A DNA stretch of 64,000 nt from assembly GCF_009914755.1 (NCBI RefSeq), contig NC_060938.1; one strand, written 5' to 3'. The translations under genes were made by a program, and so were the position numbers. Of this stretch, positions 49,993 through 64,000 are shown piece after piece. Within the stretch, counting starts at the first letter, position 1. Every line of letters starts with the position of its first letter. The DNA comes from the human T2T-CHM13v2.0 reference genome, Homo sapiens. The notes under the pieces were generated by a model, which saw only the letters and a program-made list of their open reading frames with translations, was not told the DNA's origin and ran no database searches.

Positions 49993-51925
49993 TAGTGTGG
50001 TAGAGTACGCTGTGCATAAGGGTAGTTATAAATATTTGATGGCAGTAACATAGGATGGCCTGTTTCTCGGACATGTGTTTTGTGGTAAACTATCCCCCTT
50101 ACTTTTCCTTGTGATTTGGAATTATTACTAAAGAGAAGCTAAAGAGCTTATGGATAACTCTGCATTTCCCAAGCTGAAATTCTGAAGGTGATTTCATCTT
50201 CAGAACTGAAATGACGTGATATACTCAGTATAATTCCATAACAAGTGGAGAAATGAAAGTGGGTTAATTGTTGGGTAAATCTGTATGTATGTGTACATAT
50301 GGGTTGAGCATGGTGGGCAGCATTACTGCTTTCGTGTACTTGATCTCATTTGATCCTAGGCATGAAGGTTTTAACTACACTTTAGTTTCACTAAAATAGC
50401 CCCTTAGTTTGGAATGAACTGTGAAGTAACAGTTTTGCATAAGCCCCAAGCTGAGTTACTTGAAGTCCTTATAAAAATAGTTGTACATACAGGGTATTCC
50501 CCGAGGGTCTAGTTACTTCTTAGACCCTCTTGGTTTAAAAAGCAAAAAGATCAGGCTGGGTGCAGTGGCTCACACCTGTAGTCCCAGAACTTTGGGAGGC
50601 CAAGGCAGGAGGATCGCTTAAGCCCAGGAGTTCGAGATGAACCTTGGCAATATAGTGAGACCCCGTCTCTGCAAAAAAACAAAAAAACCCACAAAAATTA
50701 GCCAGTCATGGTAGCACATGCCTGTAGTCACTCTCAGCTACTTGGTAGATTGAGGTGGGAGGATCTCCTGAGCCTGGGAAATCGAGGCTGCAAGTCAGCG
50801 GTGATTACACCACTGTACTCCAGCCTAGGTGACAGTGAGACACTGTCAAAAAAAAAAAAAAAAATTGGCCGGGCGCGGTGGCTGACGCCTGTAATCCCAG
50901 CACTTTGGGAGGCCGAGGCGGGTGGGTCACGAGCTCAGGAGATCGAGACCATCCTGCCTAACACGGTAAAACCCTGTCTCTACTAAAAATACAAAAAGAA
51001 ATTAGCCGGGCGCTGTGGCGGGTGCCTGTAGTGCCAGCTACTCAGGAGGCTGAGGCAGGAGAATGGCGTGAACACGGGAGGCGGAGCTTGCCGTGAGCCG
51101 AGATAGCGCCACTGCACTCCAGCCTGGGCGACAGAGCAAGACTCCGTCTCCAAAAAAAAAAAAAAAATTAGTGGGAGTCATCATATTTCTGGAAACCAAA
51201 TGGGTTTCTTTTGCGCACATGCCATGTTCCTTTAATTTCCCACAGTAAGAGCACTCTGGTGGGCATCTTTTGAATGTAATATCAGTATAGGAATCTAATA
51301 GTTTTTTAGTAGTTTTAGGCCTTATAGGATCCTTAGAGATTGGCTTTTTTTTTCCTTTTTTACTTTTTTTTTTTTTTTTTTTTTTGAGACGGGGGTCTCA
51401 CTCTGGCACCCAGGTTTGAGTGCAGTGTGAGATCTCGGCTCACTGCAACCTCCACCTTCCGAGTAGCACGTGCCACCATGCCTGGCTAATTTTGTTGTAT
51501 TTTTGGTAGAGACGAAGTTTCGCCATGTTGCCCAGGCTTGTCTTGAACTCCTGATCTCAGGTGATTCACCCACCTCGGCCTCCCAAAGTGTTGGGATTAC
51601 CAACCTGCCCGCCCCACTCCCCACCCCTTACTTTTTTTTTTTGAGGCAGGGTCTCATTCTGTCACCCAGGCTAGAGTGCAGTGAGACAGTCACGGCTCAC
51701 GGCAGCCTCAACCTCCTGGGCTGAAGCGATCCTCCCACCTCAGCCTTCCAAGCAGCTGGGACCACAGGCTAATGTTTTAATTTTTTAGGCATGGGGTCTC
51801 CTTATGTTGCCCAGGCTGGTGTCAAACTCCTGGGCTCCAGCAATCCTTCCTCAGCCTTCCAGAGTGATGGGATTATGGGTGTGAGCCACTGTGCCTGACC
51901 TCTTTATTTTTTCCTAAATTTTTAA

Positions 51926-52183
<258 letters not shown>

Positions 52184-52609
52184 TAGCCAGGATGGTCTCG
52201 ATCTCCTGACCTCGTGATCCGCCTGCCTCGGCCTCCCAAAGTGCTGGGATTACAGGCGTGAGCCACTGCGCCTGTCCTGTTTCTTCTGTATTTAACCTGA
52301 ATATACTTAACTGTTTAGTGTGTCAGAGAACTCTGTGCATCTGGAGTTTTTTAGTTGTTGCTTTTTAAATTAGAGATGGGGTCTTGCCTTGTTGCCTAGG
52401 CTGGCCTTGAATTCCTGGGTTCAGAGTATCTTCCTGCCTCAAATTCCTGAGTAACTGGGACTACAGACACCCAGCTTCAACTATGTTTTGAATAATCTTA
52501 ATCAATTGCTTTAATGCCAGTGTTTACTTTGGCCTTTTTCACTATATATGATTAATAAACATTTCAGTGTTGATAGATTGGGGCACAGTACTATATATTT
52601 TTTCCCTAG

Positions 52610-52964
<355 letters not shown>

Positions 52965-54339
52965 TAACTTAGTTAATTATAAACTAAGCCACTTAACCAT
53001 TGCATTTAATAGGGAAGATAATGATAAAAACTGAGAATTTAAAACATTTAGTTCAGAGAGAAATTTAGGTGATTTTAAAATCTTGAGATTTCAGGTGGTG
53101 ACAAACTGTGACCCTCTCTAAGGCTGTTGATATTTTAATTCGGAGCAGAAGTTGCATTGCCATGTGCATAAACTGCCGCATAGATGCCTGGAACCCTGGA
53201 AACAAGCCAGCATGTCCATGGTCACCCCCACCCCGTTTCCATTTCCATACATGGGTTTTGTGAGGTGAGGCCATCATGTGCATACTGCCTGCCCATGGCT
53301 AATGAGGATAGCACAGGTGCGGGGCCAGTGTCCCCCCCATTCTGTCCCGTGCCAGTCAGCACAGCTTGGGTTGTGGGGGACATGTGCCTTCTCAAAGTGC
53401 TGGCAGCTGAGTGGCACCTCCTTCACGCCTAGGAGTCGATGGTCCCTCCCCTGGTGTGCCCAGGTTGGCCTCATGCTCCGGGTAGAGAACCCTTGTTTGG
53501 ACCTTGTGGGGATGTGGGGTGGTGAGACCCCACCTGAGCTGTGACCTTCTGAGAGGAGACAAATTAAACTGCTGAAGGAGAGGCAAAAATAATAATCATT
53601 ATTCTGTTACACTGAATAGAGAAGCGGCTTGTGCTGGATTAAGCAAAACCTGTAAGACCAGAAAACCATTGATACAAAATCAGTAAATGCAAGGAAGTTG
53701 AAATGCATTGAATTTTTCCCAATTTTATAAGTTCAGAAGATGCAGGTTTGCCAAAAATCACTAGTCATGACCGTTTGCCATTCCTCTGTGGGTTTTTCAC
53801 ACCCTCCCTCCCCAGTAGAAACTGCGCTGTTTATCACTAAGATGCTATAAACATGAATTTCCATGGAGCCAAGCTCAAAAAGCCCTCCAAAGTAATCACT
53901 TCACCCCCATGACCTACATAGGGTAGCCTAAGTCATAGATCTCGAATCCTGATCTGGTAGCTCTGAAAGGTTTAGCTTCCTAATAAAGCCTCTTGTGCTG
54001 TCAGACTCTCCCCTCCAGGTTATTAACCTTGCCTTTTCCCTCCCACTATCAACAACTGACTCCCCCTAGTGGGAAAAGAAAAATCCGTATCAGGAAAAGG
54101 TCAGGGTTCCTGTCCTATCTACAGTTAGTATTTTATAGGCTTTTGGAAGAGGGTAAATTTTTTAAAACATCCATGTTGGACTCCTAGGTGGATATTTACA
54201 AAAGGCATTTCTATTTTGTTTTTGAAACCTGCTTAACAAGGTCAGTCTGTTTTAAGGCTGGGAAACTTAGGTTATATTAGCAAAGCAGTTATTGCAATGA
54301 ATGTTACTTAGTATTTGCATTCTTTTATTTAACTCTTGA

Positions 54340-54648
<309 letters not shown>

Positions 54649-55153
54649 TAATTACTGCAGAGTATTAGGAAGAGCCAAGGGAGATGTTAGAAGTTAGCTG
54701 ATTGTTGGGGGGCTTGCACCTTTTCATGTGTGATGGACTTTCATAACAGCACGTAAGGGGAGCCAAGCCATTTCCTCGTTCTAAGTATCTTCTCAGTAGG
54801 TTCCATTCTGTTTAACTTCATGAATAATTATCAAGAACAGAAAGCCAGCAGCATCATATTTCCTCTCTAGAGGGGACTGACCTTGAGATCTTTCTAAAAT
54901 GAGTTGGGGTAGCGGTATCCTTAAAGTCACTTTGAATCTTTATAGCAGGAAATTCTATTCCTTTACAAACAGAACAATATACTCAATTTCTTTCTTTCTT
55001 TCTTTTTTACAGAGTCTTACTCTGTTGCCCAGGCTGGAGTGCAGTGGTTTGATCTGGCTCACTGCAACCTCTGCCTCCCGAGTTCAAACAATTTTCCTGC
55101 CTCAGCCTCCTGAGTAGCTGGGATTACAGGTGTGCACCACCACGCCCGGCTAA

Positions 55154-55402
<249 letters not shown>

Positions 55403-55547
55403 TGATCCGCCCGCCTTGGCCTCCCAAAGTGCTGGGATTATAGGCATGAGCTACTGTACCCAGCCTACTCAATTTCTTAAAGCAAGAGTCTTCCATTTTA
55501 ACATGACCTGGCAAATGAGATATTAGGAACTCTTGAGAAAAAAAAAA

Positions 55548-55959
<412 letters not shown>

Positions 55960-58104
55960 TGACCTCATGATCGGCCCGCCTTGGTCTCCCAAAGTGCTAG
56001 GATTACAGGCGTTAGCCATCACGCCCAGCCAAGTAAAATTCTTAATAGCCATTCAGTTACTTTGGTTTTACACAGTGGTTTCAAATGTGGTTTAGCATTA
56101 AAACAATATAAATGGTTGTTTGTGATGGACTCTTTCTCGTGTAATTTTTTTTTTTTTTTTTTTTTTTTTTTTGGGAGACAGAGTTTTGCTCTGTTGCCCA
56201 GGCTGGAGTTCAGTGGCACGATCTCGGCTCACCTGCAACCTTCACCTCCTGGGTTCAAGCGATTCTCCTGCCTCAGCCTCCTGAGTAACTGGGATTACAG
56301 GCTTGCACTACTACACCCAGCTAATTTTTGTACTTTTAGTAGAGATGGGGTTGCACCATGTTGGCCAGGCTGGTCTTGAACTCCTGACCTCAAGTGATCT
56401 GCCTGCCTCAGCCTCCAAAGTTCTGGGATTACAGGCGTGAGACACCGTGCCTGGCTTTCTTGTGTAAATTAATTCCCCTTCTCAAATAGAAGATCTGTGA
56501 GTCAGGGAAAGGGGCTGCCATTGCTGTGCAAGAAGCTGTTCTGTTGGTGTCAGGACCTGTCTTTTCAGGAGAGTATTGAACTTTGAATATTGAGTGAATG
56601 AATGGCTGGAATTTGTGCTGTAAGGCAGAATCAGGGCTTATACCAAAATACTATTTTGGTCTATTCCTGTATAGGTGGAAAAGAAGTATTAGGGATAGAG
56701 AGAAGGTGCAGAAGGTTCTGTTTTAGAAGCAGCATGGGCTTTTAGAGTCAATTCTCAATTCAAATCTCAGATTTGCTACTTACCGTTTTTTTTTTTTTGT
56801 TTTTGTTTTTGTTTTTGTTTTTGTTTTTTTTTGAGACAGAGTCTTGCTCTGTCGCCCAGACTGGAGTGCAGTGGCGTGATCTCAGCTCACTGCAACCTCC
56901 GCCTCCCAGGTTCAAGCAATTCTCCTACTTCAGGTTCCTGAGTAGCTGAGACTGCAGGTGCCTGCCACCACACCTAGCTAATTTTGTATTTTTAGTAGAG
57001 ATGGGGTTTCTGCATGTTGGTCAGGCTGGTCTCGAACTCCCGACCTCAGGTGATCTGTCCGCTTCAGCCTTCCAAAGTGCTGGGATTACAGGCGTGAGCC
57101 ACTGCACCCGGCCTACTTACTGCTCTTTAGATACATTGCTTGTCATTTCTGAGGTCAGTTTCTTCAGCCAAAAACATAGGGTTTAATACCTTAAAGATAT
57201 TGTTTGGATTGAGAAATGTGACAAGTTGCCAGAATGAGACAGGTACTTAATAAAGGATAGTATCCTTTCTTAAGGTCTTTATTAGTGGGAAAAACTGGGA
57301 AACAACCTATGTCTGATTTTTGCCTGTTGCTAAGCAGTGAATCGCAAATGTTTAGCTCTCCCCTGTTTCAGTGAAAGGTTGGGTGATGGCAGCGGTGACT
57401 CTTTTTTGTCTTTTTTTGCCAGAAGTAACCTGGAGTGGCCTAAGATAGAAGGTGTGGAGAAACAAAATCTAGCCAAACATATACATGCATACATACATAG
57501 GTAAATATCTCAGTTGGTGAAGGTGAATATAGAAAATCGGGATCACAGGAAAAATTACCATCAACCCTAATGAGGTTACTGGCAGTCAAAATTAAAAAAA
57601 AAGGAACTTATACTACCTTCATCTGATATTAATTCTGAGGAAATAAAATGTTTCTTAGGAATGAATTCCTTTGTGTATGAAGGGGACCACTGAGTGGTAG
57701 TACTGGCATTTTTCAGCCAATGTGACAAATTTCACAGTGCTGTCTTAGAGATGCCTAAAAAATGTATTAAGGAACGTGGCTGGGTATGGTGCACTTTTGG
57801 AGACTGAGGTGGGAGGATCTGAGGCCAGGAGTTTGAGACCAACCTGGGCAACATAGTGAGACCTTGTCTCCACAGAAAATTAAAAAAAAAAAAAAAAAGG
57901 CCAGGCATGGTGGCATGTGCTTTTGTAGCCCCAGCTACCCAGGAGGCTGACGTGGGAGAATCACCTGAGCCCAGGAGGTCAAGGCTGCAGTGAGCTCCAC
58001 TCCAGCCTGGATGACATAATGAGATTCTGTCTCAAATGAAAAGAGAGAGAGAGAAATAATATATAAGGCCTTTGATTTTTCTGATTAACATATTGACTAA
58101 CTGG

Positions 58105-58565
58105 TTGACTGGTTGACTGAATAATGACTCCCAATATAGCCAGATCCTAATTCTTGGAACCTGTGGGTGTTAACCTTATTTGCAAGTGTGATTAAACCAG
58201 GGCTCTTGGAATAGGGAGAGTATCCTGGTTTATCCAGGTGGGTACCAAATGTAATCACACAAGTGTCCTTGTATTCACAGGAAGGCAGTGGGAGATTGAC
58301 TGCCAAAGAGGAAGTAGGAGAGGTGTGAGAGGTTGGAGTCCAGTGAAGAGAAGGGGTCAAGGAATGTAGGCAGCCTTCAGAAGCTAGAATATGTGAGGGA
58401 CCAGATTCTCCACTAAAGCTGCCAGAAGGAACCCACACAACGACTTTATAGCTCTGAAACTGATTCTCACTGCTGGCCTCTAGAACTATAAGAGAATAAA
58501 TTCCTGTTGTTTCAAACCACCAAACTGGTGGTAGTTTGTTACAGTGGTAATAGGAAACTAATACA
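58105..58565 (+). mobile_element. ERVL-MaLR LTR (MLT1D-like) in YY1 intron 1
   Basis: gtatcctggtttatccaggtggg...aatgtaatcac; ends gagaataaattcctgttgtttcaaaccacc...gtttgttacag...aggaaactaataca, the MLT1 terminus. Confidence 0.85.
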
Positions 58566-59720
58566 TGTGCTAGCATCCCCTGTATAGCTTCATTCTGCAG
58601 GAACTTGGCAAGTCCCTGTTATGTGCAAGGCACAAGACCTACTGTTCCCCCTTAAACCTAGGAGAGGGGGGAAGTGGAATAAAGGGGCTTTTTTTGCACA
58701 CTACTCAATTTCCCAGACATGATGGTTGGCATTTAACATGTTACCTTGTTTTAGCCTTATAAGATCAGTGGTATCCTTCCTCCCTCCCTCCCTTTGTCCC
58801 TTCCTCCCCTCCCCTCCCTTTGCTTCTCTTTCTTCTCTTTATTTCTTTGTAGAGGCAGGGTTTTCTCTTTGTTGCTCAGGCTGGTCTCTAATTCCTGGCC
58901 TCAAGAGATCCTCCTGCCTCGGCCTCCCAAAGTGCTGGGATTACAGGTGTGAACTCCTGTGCCTGGCCTCATTGTTTAATAAATGAGGAAACCAGGCGAG
59001 GTTAAGAGTAGAGGCTGGAGTGACAGGAATGAATGGCTTCTTGAAAGGAAGAGATCTTAATTTGGGTTTTGGAGAGTGGACTGGGCTTAGGTAGGTCATG
59101 AGAGGAAGGCAAGAGGGTAAATTGTATTGAGTACCTTTTACTAGACACTGAGAAAACCACTTTGCTTGGAGCGTGGAGGGCAGGTGAGACTCCATCTTTT
59201 TACTTCTCTGGACTTGTAGAGTGCTTCTAGCCTTTCCATTTATTTAGTTCCTTAATTATATCTTTTTGACTGGAAATTGGAGTCTACAAACTCAGTCTTA
59301 TGCTTTGCTCCTCAAACTAGACTTGGAGTGATTATTGCTTTGGTAACATAGAAGAACACTGAGCAGCTGGGAGATTGGGATGGGCCAGCGGCTTATTTAT
59401 ACAATACCTTTAACCTTCTGAATAGTACCATATGCAGAAATAGAAACTTTTAAATGTGAGTTAATTGTCCTTCCACATATATGACTAGTGTTGGCTAGAT
59501 TTTGTTTTTCCACACATTCTATCTTAGGCCAAGTTAGTCTTGGTCTAGTTGTTTTAGGTCATTGCATTTAGCCAGAGTGTGAGTGAGCACTGTAGTCACC
59601 TAATCGACAGTTTTGGGTAGAAGTTCCTAACATGATGGTTGCCCACATCACCTTACCCCCTTTGAATCAATGACTGTATTCTCAGCTTTTTCCAAATAGG
59701 AATTCTGAGATTTGGCTTTA

Positions 59721-59996
<276 letters not shown>

Positions 59997-60345
59997 TCAC
60001 TTGAGCTAGGGAGGTTGAGGCTGCATTGAGCAGTGATAGTGCCACTGCACTCCAGCCTGGACAACAGAGTGAGACCCTGTCTCAAAGGAAAAGAAAGAAA
60101 GAAACCCATAGAAACTTCTAATGGGGTTAACTATGTCCTGTGAAACAATAAAAGATCCTGTCCTCAAGGGAAACTCCAGCAGGGAATAGACATACAACAA
60201 TTTTTTAATGACCTATAGTGGGTCCAGACAATTTTTAAAGCAGATTTAGATACTTTGCTTCCTGAACATGTTTTACCTAGATGTACATTTGATATTACCC
60301 CATCGCTAGTCAATAGAAATCAGTAACATTCATAGCATAATTTGA

Positions 60346-60669
<324 letters not shown>

Positions 60670-60973
60670 TGACCAGCCTGCCTCAGCCTCCCAAAGTGCT
60701 GGGATTATAGGCGTGAGCCAGTGTACCCAGCCAACCAGGGTAATCTTGAACTCCTGGCCTCGGGTGATCCGCCCACCTCAGCCTCCCAAAGTACTGGGAT
60801 TCAGGCATGAGCCACTGCGCTGGGCCAGGGTTAATACTTTTTAACAAAGATTTTTATTATTATTATTTTTTATAATTTTCTTTTTTTGAGATGGAGTCTC
60901 ACTGTTGTTGGCTCAGGGTGGAGTGCAATGGCATGATCTCAGCTCACTGCAACCTCTGCCTCCTGGGTTCTAG

Positions 60974-61228
<255 letters not shown>

Positions 61229-61358
61229 TAATAAATAAAAATTACTAGCTTCTTTTACAGCATCATAAATTTCTATTCTATTTGGTAAAAACTTCTGATT
61301 TTCTTTTTGCAAAAATTAGCAAAATGGCCAAATGATAGCAAATATTGACATTATTTAA

Positions 61359-61661
<303 letters not shown>

Positions 61662-61979
61662 TAAATTTTGTATTTTTAGTCAAGATGGATTTTTGCCATG
61701 TTGGCCGGGCTGGTCTCGAACTCCTGACCTTAGGTGATCAGCCCACCTTGGCCTCCCAAAATGCTAAGATTACAGGTGCGAGCCACCATGCCTAGCCTAT
61801 TTTATTTATTTATTTATTTATTTTTTTTTTTGAGTCGAAGTCTCACAGTGTCGCCCGGGCTAGAGTGCAGTGGTGTGATCTTGGCTCACTGCAACCTCCG
61901 CCTCCTGGGTTCAAGCAATTCTCCTGCCTCAGCCTCCCAAGTTAGCTGGGATTACAAGCGCCCGCCACCACGCCCAGCT

Positions 61980-62017
<38 letters not shown>

Positions 62018-62463
62018 GTATTTTTAGTAGTGACGGGATTTCACTATGTTGGCCAGGCTGGTCTCAAACTACTGACCTCGTGATCCACCCACCTTGGCCT
62101 CCCAAAGTGCTAGGATTACAGATGTGAGCCACTGTGCCCAGCCAGCCTATTTTCTTATATTTTCTTGTTCACAATTTCTGTGCAGTGGTCTTTGGAGAGT
62201 TCTAGTTATCTTCCTTGTAGGAAACACTGTTTTTTAAGGAATAAGTCATAAATGTGATAACATGTGTCTTAAATCTGTATCTTACGAGAATGTACAATAA
62301 CCACAAAAATTATTTCAAACTTAGACCAACAAAATATGTTTTATTTTAAGGCAAGAAACTGATATTATTTGAAAGTGTGGGAGGGCCGGGCACGGTGGCT
62401 CATGCCTGTAATCCCAGCAGTTTGGGAGGCTGAGGTGGGCGGATCACCTGAGATCAGGAGTTA

Positions 62464-62709
<246 letters not shown>

Positions 62710-63514
62710 TCAAGAGTACACTTATTTTCAGCCAGTTTTATTATGGTTTTAAAATTATGTACAGACCATGCAGCCTCTCTTGTCTGTGCTTAGGGCAAAC
62801 TGCTTTTGCTGTATGCCACTTGGCACTTGATACGTCACTGAGTACAGTTTTCTTTAGACAGAGCTAGTTGTCTCCCTACTTGTGGACATCTCTCTTCAGT
62901 CTCCTTTGCAAAGTCTTCCTCATTCTCTTAATATTAGAATTGTTCAGGTTTTGATTATAATCCTTCTCCTCTCTGACTGTATTCTTTTTCAGTAGATAAT
63001 CTTACAATGTCTTTCTGGGGCTTTCAATGCAGTCTGAGTCAGGCATGGTATTGTGGGCCTGTAGTCCCACCTACTTGGGAGGTTGCAGCAGGAGGGTCAC
63101 TTGAGTCCAGGAGTTTGAGGCTGCAATGAGCTATGATCATGCAGACTATGATCACTCTAGTCTGGTCAACAGAGCCAGACCCTGTCACAAAAAAAAAAAA
63201 ACATCTATATGCCAGTGATTCTCACAGATTACGATATAATTCTCTCTGACCTAGGTTTCTTATCCCCTATACATGCATATTTAGTTGCCTTTTTGAGGTC
63301 TGCCCATTAGATTTTGCACAGATACCTCAAACCAAAGAGGAACTCTAAATCTTCTGCACATCATCTCTTTCACACTCTTGTCCTCCATCTCATCAAATGA
63401 CACCACCATCTTCTAAAAATTAGAAGCAAGAAACTCAGGTGGCATACTTGGCATCCCTGTTCCTCCCCAACCCATCTGATTAATTATCTAGCCATGTTTA
63501 TTTCTCCATCCATT

Positions 63515-63915
63515 AACAGATGGACAAAATGGTATGTATGTACAGAATATTATTCAGCCATGAAGAGGAATGGAATGTTGTTATATGTTACAACAGGTGG
63601 GTCTTAAAAACATTATGCTTAGTGAAATAAACCAGGCATGGATGGCAAATACTGTATGATTCAACTGGTATGAGGTACCTGAAATAGGCAAATTCATAGA
63701 GACAGAAAGTAGAATTGAGGTTAGCAGGTGCTGAGGGGAAGTGAAAGTTCTTGCATAATGGGTATAGAGTTTTTTGCGGGAATGAAGAAAATATTTTGGG
63801 TATAGATAGTGGTGATGGTTACACATTCTGAATGTATTAAATGGCACTGAACTGTACACTTACATATGGTTAAAATGAGAAGTATTATGGTAATGTATAT
63901 TTTACCACAATTTTT
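63515..63915 (+). mobile_element. L1M(B)-type 3' end
   Basis: gaatattattcagcc, cattatgcttagtgaaataaaccag, caaatactgtatgatt, ggcaaattcatagagacagaaagtaga, cactgaactgtacactta. Confidence 0.85.
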
Positions 63916-64000
63916 TTTTTTTTTACGAAAACCGTGGAAATATAGAGGTTGGATTTGGCCAACTGGCTGTACTAGTTGATTCCTGATATAGGTCATAAAG

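Overview
This is primate, almost certainly human, genomic DNA from the YY1 locus (14q32). It covers ~45 kb of Alu-saturated upstream intergenic sequence, the YY1 CpG-island promoter, exon 1 (ATG 46292, donor after 46970) and ~17 kb of intron 1; exon 2 is not reached. YY1 exon 1 is the only protein-coding sequence I can support. The other ORFs are Alu translations or stop-poor GC-rich frames. Other features are two more promoter-like CpG islands (1-330 and ~20980-21920), a solo LTR12/ERV9 LTR inserted into an Alu with a 4-bp TSD, nested MER21/ERV1 LTRs, old L1, MIR, MaLR and hAT relics, and several Alu-free islands that look like enhancers. I see no convincingly new biological system. The best leads are regulatory: (i) the known YY1 self-binding site cluster just inside intron 1; (ii) exon 1 reading in frame into intron 1 and ending before an AATAAA, which could give a zinc-finger-less YY1 isoform; (iii) splice donors and a PAS on the antisense side of the promoter; (iv) an LTR12 with an intact NF-Y/GATA/TATA promoter but an apparently mutated polyA signal. 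Repeat family names come from recalled consensus sequences and repeat boundaries are approximate.
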